Below, piece by piece: positions 1 to 9,184 of a DNA stretch of 64,000 nucleotides; positions within the stretch are counted from its first letter, which is position 1; the number at the start of each line of letters is the position of its first letter. A program made the position numbers and the translations under genes. Under the pieces are notes generated by a model. It was not told the DNA's origin, did no database searches, and saw only the letters and a list, made by a program, of their open reading frames with translations. The stretch spans positions 279,308 to 343,307 of the forward strand of contig CAWHUF010000014.1 of the NCBI GenBank assembly GCA_963832495.1. Direction: 5' to 3'. Origin of the DNA: an uncultured Acidobacteriota bacterium. GTDB lineage: Bacteria > Acidobacteriota > Thermoanaerobaculia > Multivoradales > UBA5704.

Positions 1-249
1 CACCTGGTGGAGTGCGAGCTGATGGGGCTGGTGGGCGGCTCACTGGGCGTGCTCCTGTCCCTGGGCGGGCTCGCCATCCTGAACCGCGTCTACGGCGACG
101 GTCCGGACGGCGTGCCGTTCTTCCAGCTCGACGTCCCGATGATCGGGGCCGCCGTGGTCCTGTCGCTCGTGGCCGGCGCCATCGCCGGTCTCTATCCCGC
201 GTGGCGGATCTGCGCGATCCCGCCCGCCCGCCATCTCAAGAATCAATAG
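1..249 (+). CDS. ABC transporter permease, FtsX/MacB family, C-terminal fragment (5' end outside window)
   Basis: ORF 7..249 ends ...VVLSLVAGAIAGLYPAWRICAIPPARHLKNQ, the typical last TM helix and C-terminus of FtsX-like permeases. A second permease gene follows directly. Confidence 0.6.
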   Translation, partial: HLVECELMGLVGGSLGVLLSLGGLAILNRVYGDGPDGVPFFQLDVPMIGAAVVLSLVAGAIAGLYPAWRICAIPPARHLKNQ

Positions 250-269
250 GGCGCCCGGAGGAAACCATC

Positions 270-1481
270 ATGGAATTCGGACCGATCTTTCGTTCTCTGC
301 TGCGCAACCGGGCGCGGGTGGTGCTCATCGTCGCCGAGGTGGCGCTGACGCTCGCCATCGTCGCCAACTGCATGAGCCTGATCCTGGACACCCGGGCCGG
401 TCTCGCCCGCGAGTCGGGCTTCGACGACGAGCACCTCGTCCTCATTCAGAGCAATCCTTTCGCCGAGAGCCTGAACGACCAGGAGGTGCTCGACCAGCTC
501 GTCGAGCGCGACCTCCAGGCGTTGCGGGCCCTGCCCGGCGTGCGGGCCGCCAGCAACACCGTTCTGGCTCCCTGGGCGGGCGGCGGCTCGATCACGGCCG
601 TGCGCCTCCCCGGCACCCGCGACGAGCCCATGCAGACCCAGTTCTACTCCGCTGATCCCGCGACCTTCGACGCCCTGGGCATCCCAGTCGCGCAGGGGCG
701 GGGTTTCACGCGGGAGGAGTACGAGCACGGCACCGACGCGGCTCCGCCGGAGACCCTGCCCGTGGTCATCAGCAAGACCCTGGCGGACGCGGCGTTCCCG
801 GACGGCAAGGCCGTGGGCCGCGAGCTCGCTTTCCCCGACGAATCGCAACGCCTCCTCGTCGTGGGAATCGTCGACCGGTTCTACAAGCCCCTCGGCGACG
901 CGTCGGACCGGGTGATGCTGACGCCCGGCCGGACGACGGGCTTCGACTACGGCACGCCCTTCCTGGTGCGTACCCAGGGGGACCCCGGCGCGATGATCCC
1001 CGAGATGGAAAAAGCCCTGCTGGGAGTGGAGAAGGGGCGTTTCCTGCGGCTGCGCACCGTGACCGATATGCGCGCCGAGTCCCAGCAGCGGGACCGGCTG
1101 CTGGTGGCCACTCTGAACGGCGTCATGGCCCTGCTGGTGCTGGTGACGGCTCTGGGGATCGTGGGGCTGACCTCCTTCTCGGTCGCCGAGCGGCGGCGGC
1201 AGATCGGCACCCGGCGCGCTCTCGGGGCGAGCAAGGCCGCCATCGTGCGCCAGTTCCTCCTGGAGAACTGGATGGTGACGAGCCTCGGCGTCGTTTTCGG
1301 AGCGGCCCTGGCCTACGGGCTCAACTTCGGTCTCGTCACCTGGGTGGCGGGGGCGCGGCTGAACGTGCTGGTGGTGGCCGCGGGGGCGCTGGGACTCTGG
1401 CTGATCGGCGTGGCCTCGGCCCTGGGCCCGGCCTTGCGGGGAGCCCAAGTGCCGCCGGCCATCGCGACGCGGAACGTGTAG
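270..1481 (+). CDS. ABC transporter permease, FtsX/MacB family
   Basis: In-frame ATG at 270 is preceded by GGAGGA (258-263). The N-terminal TM (RARVVLIVAEVALTLAIVANCMSLI) is followed by a large periplasmic loop and a C-terminal 4-TM FtsX-like region ending AIATRNV. The upstream part of ORF 12..1481 is out of context. Confidence 0.8.
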   Translation: MEFGPIFRSLLRNRARVVLIVAEVALTLAIVANCMSLILDTRAGLARESGFDDEHLVLIQSNPFAESLNDQEVLDQLVERDLQALRALPGVRAASNTVLAPWAGGGSITAVRLPGTRDEPMQTQFYSADPATFDALGIPVAQGRGFTREEYEHGTDAAPPETLPVVISKTLADAAFPDGKAVGRELAFPDESQRLLVVGIVDRFYKPLGDASDRVMLTPGRTTGFDYGTPFLVRTQGDPGAMIPEMEKALLGVEKGRFLRLRTVTDMRAESQQRDRLLVATLNGVMALLVLVTALGIVGLTSFSVAERRRQIGTRRALGASKAAIVRQFLLENWMVTSLGVVFGAALAYGLNFGLVTWVAGARLNVLVVAAGALGLWLIGVASALGPALRGAQVPPAIATRNV

Positions 1482-1695
1482 TTGAACGGCCTCGCGGGGT
1501 GGCAGGGCCGCTGAGCACAGGATTGTGAATCGTTCCAACAGCGAGTCGAAGCCTTCTTCCCCTCCTTGGGAGGCGGGCAGTAAGATTCGTACAGGCAACG
1601 GGCGTGCCGGATGCGCTGACGCGCGGGCTGGCCCAGGCGTTGAGGCCGGCGGGACCCCTGTTACCCTCGCTGGAAGCACTTTTAAGCCCGGCGGA

Positions 1696-1920
1696 AGCTC
1701 CGAAAGGGCCTCGGGAAAGCCCGCCGCCCCTTTTGGAAAGCTCGCCGCCCCAAATGGAAAGCCCGCCACCCCAAATGGAAAGCCTGCCGCCCCTTCGGGA
1801 AAGCAGGCCACCCCGCATGGAAAGTCCGCCGCCCCTTTTGGAAAGCCTGCCGCCCCAAATGGAAAGCTCGCCGCCCCTTCGGGAAAGCCTGCCGCCCCTA
1901 AAGGAAAGACCCTCTTTCCA
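1696..1920. repeat. 21-bp tandem repeat, about 10 copies (GGAAAGCCYGCCGCCCCWWNN)
   Basis: Direct reading shows ggaaagcccgccgcccctttt / ggaaagctcgccgccccaaat / ggaaagcccgccaccccaaat and so on. It translates as GKPAAPx heptads on the plus strand and FPxGAAG on the minus strand, but no frame gives a properly bounded gene. Confidence 0.8.
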
Positions 1921-1947
1921 AAAAGCCGTTCCGCCGGGGCCGCCGCG

Positions 1948-2055
1948 CTAGTCGCCGCCGCCACCCGCCTCCGCGCGTGGAGCGGAGAGAGCGCCCGCGA
2001 GGACCGCGGTGACCGCGATGACGAGCGCCAGGGACAGGAAGAGGATTTTGCGCAT
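1948..2055 (-). CDS. short signal-peptide ORF (35 aa), possible 5' remnant of a secreted repeat protein
   Basis: The minus strand encodes MRKILFLSLALVIAVTAVLAGALSAPRAEAGGGGD then a stop. GGAGG lies 8 nt upstream of the ATG. The ORF is in a different frame from the repeat-encoding minus frames, so a frameshift is possible. Confidence 0.3.
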   Translation of the reverse strand: MRKILFLSLALVIAVTAVLAGALSAPRAEAGGGGD

Positions 2056-2138
2056 TACCCGCCTCCATTCAGGTCTTTAGGACCCATTAAACAGGGTGCT
2101 CGCCGAGAATCCAGGGGGACAAGCGTTATATATAGACA

Positions 2139-3561
2139 ATGGCCATGCTCAAAGTCCTCATCGTGGAAGATCAGCCCGCGGTCGCGACCGCCCTCCAGGT
2201 CCTGTTCGAGATCCGGGGGATCCCGTGTGTCACCGCCCGCGCGCCCTGGGAAGCCATCCGCGCCCTCGACCAGCAGGCTCAGGAGATCGGCGTCGTGGTC
2301 CAGGACATGAACTTCAGCCCCGAGGCCACCTCCGGTGCCGAGGGGGTGACTCTGTTCCGGGAGATCCGGCGGTGGCACCCGAGCCTGCCCGTGCTGCTGA
2401 TCACGGCCTGGACCTCGCTCGAAACGGCCGTCAAGCTGGTCAAGGAAGGGGCCTCCGACTACCTGGCCAAGCCCTGGGACGACGAGAAGCTCCTGGCCTC
2501 GGTCCGCAACCTCCTGAGGCTGCGGGAGCTGCAGCTCGAAAACGCCCATCTCCGGGGCCGGGCGCGGCGGAGCTGGGAAGACCTCGCCGTCCGGAACGAC
2601 CTTGCAGGCGCCGTGTGGGCGAGCGAGAAGATGCACGCCGTAGTCACTCTTGCTCTGCAGGTGGCCCGGGGGGACATCCCCGTGCTCATCACCGGCCCCA
2701 GCGGCGCGGGCAAGGAGAAGCTGGCGGAGATCGTCCAGGCCAACTCGCGGCGCAAGGACAAGCCCTTCGTCAAGGTCAACGCCGGGGCCTTGCCGGACGA
2801 GCTCCTGGAGAGCGAGCTCTTCGGCGCCGAGGCCGGGGCCTACACCGGGGCCACCCGCCGGCGGGTGGGCCGCTTCGAGGCCGCGGACGGCGGCACGCTG
2901 TTTCTGGACGAGATCGGCAACCTCTCGGCCTCGGGCCAGGCCAAGCTCCTGCGCGTGCTCCAGAGCGGCCAGTTCGAGCGGCTGGGGAGCAGCGAGACCC
3001 GGCGGGTGGACGTGCGCCTGATCTGCGCCACCAATGCCGATCTGAAGCGGGAGATCGCCCTCGGCCGTTTCCGGGAAGATCTCTACTATCGCCTGAACGT
3101 CATCGAGCTTCACCTTCCACCCCTCGCCGAGCGTCCCGAGGACGTGGTCCCCCTCGCCGAAAGGATCCTGCGCGACCTCTCGCCCTCGCCCACGGGAGCC
3201 GTCTGGCGGCTGGACCCGGAGGCCCGAGAGCGGCTGGTCCGCCACCTCTGGCCGGGCAACGTCCGGGAAGCTCGAGAACACCCTGCGCCGGGCCGTCCTG
3301 ATCGCCTCGGGCGACACGATCCGGATCGAGGATCTGGGGCTTGGCGCGGCGACAGTGGCCAAGGCGCCCGCCATCTCCAAAGAGAAGGAGGAGGATGGCA
3401 ACGATCTGCTGCTCGCGGAGCGTGTCCGCATCGAGAGGGCTTTGGAGGACGCCGGGGGTGTCGTGGCCAAGGCGGCCGAAGCCATGGGCCTCTCCCGCCA
3501 GGCCTTCTACCGCAAGCTGGAAAAGCATGGGCTGACCGTCGAGCGCCGGCTGCGGGGGTGA
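2139..3561 (+). CDS. sigma-54-dependent Fis-family response regulator (NtrC-type: REC + AAA+ sigma-54 activator + Fis HTH), interrupted by a 1-nt frameshift near 3265
   Basis: A REC domain (KVLIVEDQPAV ... VVVQDMNF) is followed by the AAA+ sigma-54 activator domain (GPSGAGKE, GAYTGA = GAFTGA motif, WPGNVRE). After cgggaaGctcgag the frame shifts. The +1 frame continues LENTLRRAVLIASGDTIRIEDLGL ... and the C-terminal Fis-type HTH (ORF 3355..3561: MGLSRQAFYRKLEKHGL). The track ORF 2139..4208 runs on out of frame. Confidence 0.85.
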
Positions 3562-3714
3562 CCTTCCCGCCCTGTCCATATCTCACTGTCTCAATAAGAT
3601 TGAACGAACGCTTAAACGGGCGTAACGTCATGGAAGTCCTTAGCGCTTCCAATCGATCTGCCCAAAGGCTTCCCGGGCCAGCCGCGTTGGCGGAGTTGAG
3701 GCGAAGGGAGAGCC

Positions 3715-6700
3715 ATGAGCTTCCAGACGGACGATCTGGCGCTGCTCGCCCTCGGCATCCTGGGCGACAAGCCGCCGGACCCGGACCAGCCTCCACTGCC
3801 GGATGGCGTGCACTGCCGCTGGACCTTTGCCGAGGAGAGGGGCTTCCCCTGGCATGGCTTCTACCTCTTCCGCCGCGAGAGCCGGCCCCGGCGGCCGAAG
3901 TGCCTGAGCCAGGAGACTGGAAGCCTCCGGCCGGGATTGTCGAGGGGCTCCTCCCTCAACACCCGTCTCGGTCGCCTTACCGGCACCCAGCCCCTGCGCT
4001 TCACCGACGACTTCCCCGCCACCGGGGCCGTCGAGATCGACCTCGGAGCCGGGCTCCGTTTCGATCTCTACTCTGGCATCCAGGCCGGGAGGGTCGACGT
4101 CCGGATCGGGTTCCGGGATGCGGGGCCTGCCGTCCAAAGAAAGTGCGTCGACTTCCGCCGGTTCCCTCTCGGCCCTGGTCCCAACCCCCGGACGGAACAG
4201 GACGTTGACTTCGAGACCGAATCCCCGCAGGTGAGCCCACCCCTCTCGATCACATTGATCGAGAGCTGGAACGGCTCCGCCCCGGGTCTCAACACCTCGC
4301 GGAGGCTTCAGGCCACCCTGCCCCGCGAGGCCTCGCGGGTCGACCTGCTCCTCACCAACCGGCACGGGATGGTCATCGAGGCCCTGACTCGGGGAGGAGG
4401 CCGAGTTGCCGTCCGCGAGCTGCGCCCGGGCGAGCTCCAGGCCGGGGTGGTCACGCTGACCGGGACAGGCATTGCCCAGGTGATCCTGCTCGGCTCGTCT
4501 GTGGACGCGGCCCTGCTCCACGAGTTCTGCTTCGAAAGCTCCGGGGAGGTCCCCCGCGAGTCCGCCGTCGAGGTCCGCGCCCTGGCCGGGAAAGAGGTCG
4601 CGGCGCAGACCGTCATCCGGGGGACGGCTGGACAGGTGGTCTCCGCCACGCTCGAACACGAAGGGATCACGGCCGTCGAGATCAACCCCGGCCCGGCGGT
4701 GCTCGTCGACCTCTGCTACTGGCCGAGCGAGCAGGGGGTGACCTTCGGTTGGAGCGAGGTGCCGGGCTTCACCTATCCTCTCTGTCTGCCGGTGGCGGAT
4801 CCGGACTATCCCTGTCCCGGCAAGCCCGTGGACTTCAAGGCGGCCAAGGACCTGGCCCTGTCGCGGGTGACCTACCCCGGCCCGGAGGGATGGGAAGACG
4901 GCTTCGCCGACCTGCACGGCCAGCTCGAAATCCTGGTGAAGGGGGGACCTGGGGGTGGTCCGATGGCGGGGCGCGTCAATCCGGAGCTGCCAGGGGTACC
5001 AATTTCCCCAGCCACCCAGCCCGAGCTGCCCAAGATGCCGGGCCTGCGCCCCCTCGACCTCATCCTCCTGGCGAGCCTCCATCCCACCGTCGCCCAGATG
5101 CTGGGCCTCTACTTCGTGGACCGGTCGGTGGATACGGGTGTGGGCTACGACTACCTCCTCCTTGCCGATCCCACCGGCGTCCTCGGCGGAACCGCTGCCA
5201 GCGCCCTGGATTGGCTGGCCTTCTCAGCCGACGCCTCCCAAGTGGACGCCTACTTGGTCCTCGACCGCAAGGCCGAGCCCCGGCCGCCGATCGCCCCGCC
5301 GGGCGAGGGGCGCGCCTACGCCCTTCCCGGCCCCGCGGCCCGGGCCATCGACGGCTCTCTCCCGGAGGCGGCGGGCCATGTAGGCCTCTGGTGGCCGCTC
5401 CCACCGGACTCGGTCCAGGAACAACCGGACCGGATCGTCTTCTACTACCCGAAGCGGGCTTCCCTCGGCCCGGCCGAGCCGAAGGATCCGCCTGCGGACT
5501 CGGCCTATCAGCCCCTGCCGGACCCTTCGCCGGTCCTCGTCTCCGAGCCCGACCCGCAGGATCCACCGGTTCCCCCCAACCCGCGCAGCTCGGACTGGCC
5601 TCCTCCCTCGATCCCGCTCCACAAGGTGGACAGCAACCTCGCCGAAGGCTGGTACAGCTACCGCTTCGTAGGCCAGGACCTCTTCGGCCGCAGGAGCGCC
5701 CTGGGTCCGCCGTCCCGATGGTTCGAGTGGGATCCGCTGCCGGAGCACCAGCGCCACGCCTTCGCCGTAGCTCTGCACGACAACACTTCTCCCTCCATCC
5801 CTCTGGGAGTCCAAGCCTGGGCCCTCGATCCACTCGATCGCTGGCTGCTCGCGGACAAGCCCTATGAGGATTGGCGGGCTACCGTCTCCAAAGATCTCGT
5901 TGGCCTGCGCGTGCGCTGGCTCTGGACCTACCTCCAGCAGCTCCAGGCGCCGGACACCCACGAGTTCCGTATGTACTACCAGCCCGGCCGCTGGAACGCT
6001 CTCCTAGGAAAGATCGAGAAGGTCGCCGCCGTCTCGGTCTCGGCCGTTCAGAGCGACGTAGACCTCGACTTCGCCAATTTCCACCCCGCCGACGCCTTTG
6101 TTGGTACCCGCCTGCGGGTGGGCAACGACGACTTCGCGGTCCTGGGCAGCCAGCCGGGCACGAACCTCCGCCTGCGGGTGAAAAACATCGGGGTTCACGA
6201 TGAGATCCCTCCCACCGAAGGGAAGCCCTGCACCGTGGCGATTCCGGAGAATCATCCGCTCTGGATCGACACCAGCCTGGCATCGAGTTGGGCGCAACGC
6301 TTGGCCGTCGTTCCCTACGACCCACCGGTGGGGACGGTCTTCGATCCGTCGAAAGACCCCAACGGCCAAGCCCTCACGAGCCACAACGACGCCTTCAAGA
6401 CCGTGCAGGTGATGGTGACCGGGCAGGACGTCCTCTTCGGGGCCGGCCCCGACCTCTCCGGCCTCCAGCCCTGGATCGACCACCTCTGGCTGCGGGCCGG
6501 CACCGCGGAGGAAGCGCACCGCATCGTGCGCTACGACGCCACCGCCCACACCGTGACCCTGGAGGCCGCCCCGGCACTCACCGGTCCGCCCGACGCCTGG
6601 GTCCTCGGCCGGCCAACCCGCGAGTACGAGGTCTTCCTGCCTGCCCTGGACGTGGGGGCCGGGCACCCCTTCGAGCCGAGCCTCGCCGAACCCGCCGTCT

Positions 6701-8232
6701 ACGCCCAGATCGCGGTGAGCGCGGCGGACGACAAGAAGCACGTGGCGGACGATCCGAAGTGGAATGACCCCACCCGCTTCGGCAACGAGAGCCGGCTTTC
6801 CCCATCCGCGACGATCTTCCGTGTCCTCCAGACGCCGCCACAGGCGCCCGACCTGCCGAACTTAGGCGAGCGGCTTGTCGCCACGCCAGCCGACTATAAG
6901 GACAACTCCTACTCAACCTTCCGCTTCAACGACCTCGGACAGCCCTTGAGGGTCCACATCCTGCGCGCCGTGGACGACAGTCTCTTCAAGCGGGATTGGC
7001 TGATCCGGGAGACGCGGAAGGGGCTCGATCCGGCGAACGCGAAGCATGGGGATTTCTTCCCGGACGACCTAGATCTCAGCAAGTGGCCGGCCGGCGCTGC
7101 CGACCTGAACGCCATCACGGCAGACACTGCGTACGTCGGCCTCTCCGACGATGCGTGGTCGGTGCTGGCGCTGCTGCCGGGCAACGAGGGGCAGCCGGAC
7201 CAGCCGAGCCTTGCCGAGCGCGACTGGGCCGTCCGCCACACGCGCGCGAGCCTCTCCGCGGCTGACGCCGATCTCTTCCCCAAGAGTTGGAACCCGACCC
7301 AGATCGCGGACGCGGCCAATGCTCTGAACAATCTTGCTGGTCCTACCGGCTATGCCACGCTGCCTGACAACGCCCTGCGCATCCTCGCCGGCCTCCCCGG
7401 CAACGAGGCCGCCTTCACCCAGGTCACCCTGGCTCCCCTGGAGATGGCGGATCCCAAGATCAAAGACGAGCGTCGGCCGGACGACGATGCGGCGTACGTG
7501 TCCCAATCGATCAACATCCGCGCCTACACCGACACCCTCCCGGGTCGCGCCACCAACCGCTACTTCTATCGCGCGCGTTTCGTGGATGGGGCGCAGAACC
7601 AGAGCTCGCTGAGCCTTGCCGGACCGCCGGTTTATCTCAGGAAGGTGGAGCCGCCGCGGGCACCGGTGATTACGAAGGTGGTTGGTGGGGATCGGCAGAT
7701 TACGATTAGATGGGCTGCGAATCGTGAGCTGGACTTCGCGGAGTACCGCGTGTACCGGACCAGCACCAGAGAGAATGCCGTTGACCCGCGGCTGATGACG
7801 TTGGCCGCGACACGCAGTTCGACAGAACAGGCTTGGGTTGATACAGATTCGCCGCCGGCAGTCACAATGTACTACCGGCTGGCCGCCATAGATGCAACTG
7901 GCAACGTGTCTGCGCCGTCGAGGCCCGCATCAGGGCGTGCTTTCGATGATTCTCACCCTCCTATCCCAGTATGGAAAGCACCGGTCGTCGATGTTGACAG
8001 TAATACAGTTGTCCTGTCCTGGGTGTTCGAATCCTCCAACCTCCAAGCTCTTGTGTCGCGGCGATCATCATCTGAAACCACTTGGGAGAACCTGACGGGA
8101 TGGCTTCCAGCCGGAACAGACACGTTCATGGACCGTGGAGTCGGTATCGGTCTATGGATGTATCGGCTAGTGGTCATGGATCCTAACGGCCGCATCTCGA
8201 AGGCAGAGCAAGACTTGACGGTTGACCTATGA
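3715..8232 (+). CDS. large hypothetical protein (1505 aa) with C-terminal fibronectin type III-like domains; no signal peptide
   Basis: A single long ORF. The C-terminal ~220 aa show two FN3-like modules (PPRAPVITKVVGGDRQITIRWAANRELDFAEYRVYRT ... YYRLAAIDATGNVS ; VVLSWVFES ... YRLVVMDPNGRIS). The rest has no recognisable motifs. It is first in a co-directional, tightly spaced gene set. Confidence 0.65.
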   Translation: MSFQTDDLALLALGILGDKPPDPDQPPLPDGVHCRWTFAEERGFPWHGFYLFRRESRPRRPKCLSQETGSLRPGLSRGSSLNTRLGRLTGTQPLRFTDDFPATGAVEIDLGAGLRFDLYSGIQAGRVDVRIGFRDAGPAVQRKCVDFRRFPLGPGPNPRTEQDVDFETESPQVSPPLSITLIESWNGSAPGLNTSRRLQATLPREASRVDLLLTNRHGMVIEALTRGGGRVAVRELRPGELQAGVVTLTGTGIAQVILLGSSVDAALLHEFCFESSGEVPRESAVEVRALAGKEVAAQTVIRGTAGQVVSATLEHEGITAVEINPGPAVLVDLCYWPSEQGVTFGWSEVPGFTYPLCLPVADPDYPCPGKPVDFKAAKDLALSRVTYPGPEGWEDGFADLHGQLEILVKGGPGGGPMAGRVNPELPGVPISPATQPELPKMPGLRPLDLILLASLHPTVAQMLGLYFVDRSVDTGVGYDYLLLADPTGVLGGTAASALDWLAFSADASQVDAYLVLDRKAEPRPPIAPPGEGRAYALPGPAARAIDGSLPEAAGHVGLWWPLPPDSVQEQPDRIVFYYPKRASLGPAEPKDPPADSAYQPLPDPSPVLVSEPDPQDPPVPPNPRSSDWPPPSIPLHKVDSNLAEGWYSYRFVGQDLFGRRSALGPPSRWFEWDPLPEHQRHAFAVALHDNTSPSIPLGVQAWALDPLDRWLLADKPYEDWRATVSKDLVGLRVRWLWTYLQQLQAPDTHEFRMYYQPGRWNALLGKIEKVAAVSVSAVQSDVDLDFANFHPADAFVGTRLRVGNDDFAVLGSQPGTNLRLRVKNIGVHDEIPPTEGKPCTVAIPENHPLWIDTSLASSWAQRLAVVPYDPPVGTVFDPSKDPNGQALTSHNDAFKTVQVMVTGQDVLFGAGPDLSGLQPWIDHLWLRAGTAEEAHRIVRYDATAHTVTLEAAPALTGPPDAWVLGRPTREYEVFLPALDVGAGHPFEPSLAEPAVYAQIAVSAADDKKHVADDPKWNDPTRFGNESRLSPSATIFRVLQTPPQAPDLPNLGERLVATPADYKDNSYSTFRFNDLGQPLRVHILRAVDDSLFKRDWLIRETRKGLDPANAKHGDFFPDDLDLSKWPAGAADLNAITADTAYVGLSDDAWSVLALLPGNEGQPDQPSLAERDWAVRHTRASLSAADADLFPKSWNPTQIADAANALNNLAGPTGYATLPDNALRILAGLPGNEAAFTQVTLAPLEMADPKIKDERRPDDDAAYVSQSINIRAYTDTLPGRATNRYFYRARFVDGAQNQSSLSLAGPPVYLRKVEPPRAPVITKVVGGDRQITIRWAANRELDFAEYRVYRTSTRENAVDPRLMTLAATRSSTEQAWVDTDSPPAVTMYYRLAAIDATGNVSAPSRPASGRAFDDSHPPIPVWKAPVVDVDSNTVVLSWVFESSNLQALVSRRSSSETTWENLTGWLPAGTDTFMDRGVGIGLWMYRLVVMDPNGRISKAEQDLTVDL

Positions 8233-9169
8233 ACGAGAACACGAACTCATGATTCCAGTTTTCTGTGCCGCGAACGGGCAACTCGACCTGAGCCGCCTAC
8301 GGCTTCAATTCGAAGATAGTTCGGGCAGTAGTTTCCTTTCCGCGATAACGAATGGCATCAATGACTGGGTAGATCCCAATAAGGCTAACCTCGGTATTTC
8401 AATTGTGAACCTCAACCTTTCTAGAGATCCAGTTGCCGGAGAGTATGTTATTTATGTCGGGAATGGGTCGGCCGCAGGAACACGAGCACGTGAGCCGGAG
8501 CGAACATTGAGCATTTCCTACGTAACACCGGAAGGTGGCTATCTGTTCACCACTGAGCCGAATCTGAGGCGAATAGCTTCGCATGAATTCGGTCATTTAC
8601 TCGGCCTAGCTGATCGCTACTATGAGGGCTATCTCCATAAACGGACTGAAGTCGGCACGCGAACCACCGTACCGATGGATAATATCCTCTTTGCAGCAGA
8701 GAGTGGCTATGTTCCTGCTACGAACCTCATGTCCGGTGGTAGCAACGATTGGACCCTGTCAAGCGTTCAGCGTCAGTTGGTCCTATCCTGCAAAGAAGAA
8801 GATCAGAAATCTCGGCGCGTGGTTGGACTTTTCGATGAAACACAGGGTTCGGGTAGTTGGCATTTGCCACTAACGATGTATCTGAGCGGCGGCGCGCTCT
8901 TTACACCTGATCCGCCTCCCCCGGATCTCGCGATCGCAGGTTACACATTGCTCGGTGGTCTCGTCTTTGACTCCAAGGCTCGTGCAACGGCGTTGGGGAA
9001 CATTGAGGTTCGGAAGTTGTGGAATTTGCGTCCACCCCCCTCCGGAACCTTGACTAAGATAACTTGGTTCCATAAAGGAAAAAGGCACAGGCGCAGGCAT
9101 GTGGTCTCTACTGCACCACGAATTCACCGGCAGAGGATGAGACTCATTGCGGCGCTCGCGGGCTCGTAG
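8222..9169 (+). CDS. putative zinc metalloprotease, snapalysin-like (M7-like HExxHxxGxxD)
   Basis: It carries the motif HEFGHLLGLADRYYEGY, with Asp as third ligand, and a downstream NLMSGGSN segment reminiscent of snapalysin (HETGHVLGLPDHY ... LMSGGG). It overlaps the stop of the upstream gene by 11 nt. It lies in a locally AT-shifted segment. Confidence 0.55.
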   Translation: MTYEREHELMIPVFCAANGQLDLSRLRLQFEDSSGSSFLSAITNGINDWVDPNKANLGISIVNLNLSRDPVAGEYVIYVGNGSAAGTRAREPERTLSISYVTPEGGYLFTTEPNLRRIASHEFGHLLGLADRYYEGYLHKRTEVGTRTTVPMDNILFAAESGYVPATNLMSGGSNDWTLSSVQRQLVLSCKEEDQKSRRVVGLFDETQGSGSWHLPLTMYLSGGALFTPDPPPPDLAIAGYTLLGGLVFDSKARATALGNIEVRKLWNLRPPPSGTLTKITWFHKGKRHRRRHVVSTAPRIHRQRMRLIAALAGS

Positions 9170-9184
9170 AGATCGCGATGTTCG

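Noticed and set aside
243-1964. 573-aa minus-strand ORF overlapping the FtsX permease gene
   Set aside because: It is antisense to a well-supported permease CDS, has low-complexity composition and no RBS. This is a typical long spurious ORF in high-GC DNA. Its 5' end merely samples the tandem repeat.
1525-2310. 261-aa plus-strand ORF encoding GKPAAPx repeats
   Set aside because: It has no plausible start context and overlaps the start of the sigma-54 regulator gene. Its composition is driven by the DNA tandem repeat. It was not accepted as a gene.
3625-3650. Possible sigma-54 -24/-12 promoter (TGGAAGTCCTTAGCGC) upstream of the giant-protein operon
   Set aside because: GG to GC spacing is 9 or 11 nt rather than 10, and the -24 CAC is absent. 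It is too weak to call without a matrix scan.
2139-4208. Track ORF calling a single 689-aa protein
   Set aside because: After the indel near 3265 the reading frame carries Arg/Pro-rich nonsense. The conserved NtrC C-terminus (ENTLRRAVLIASGD ... Fis HTH) is in the +1 frame and ends at 3561.
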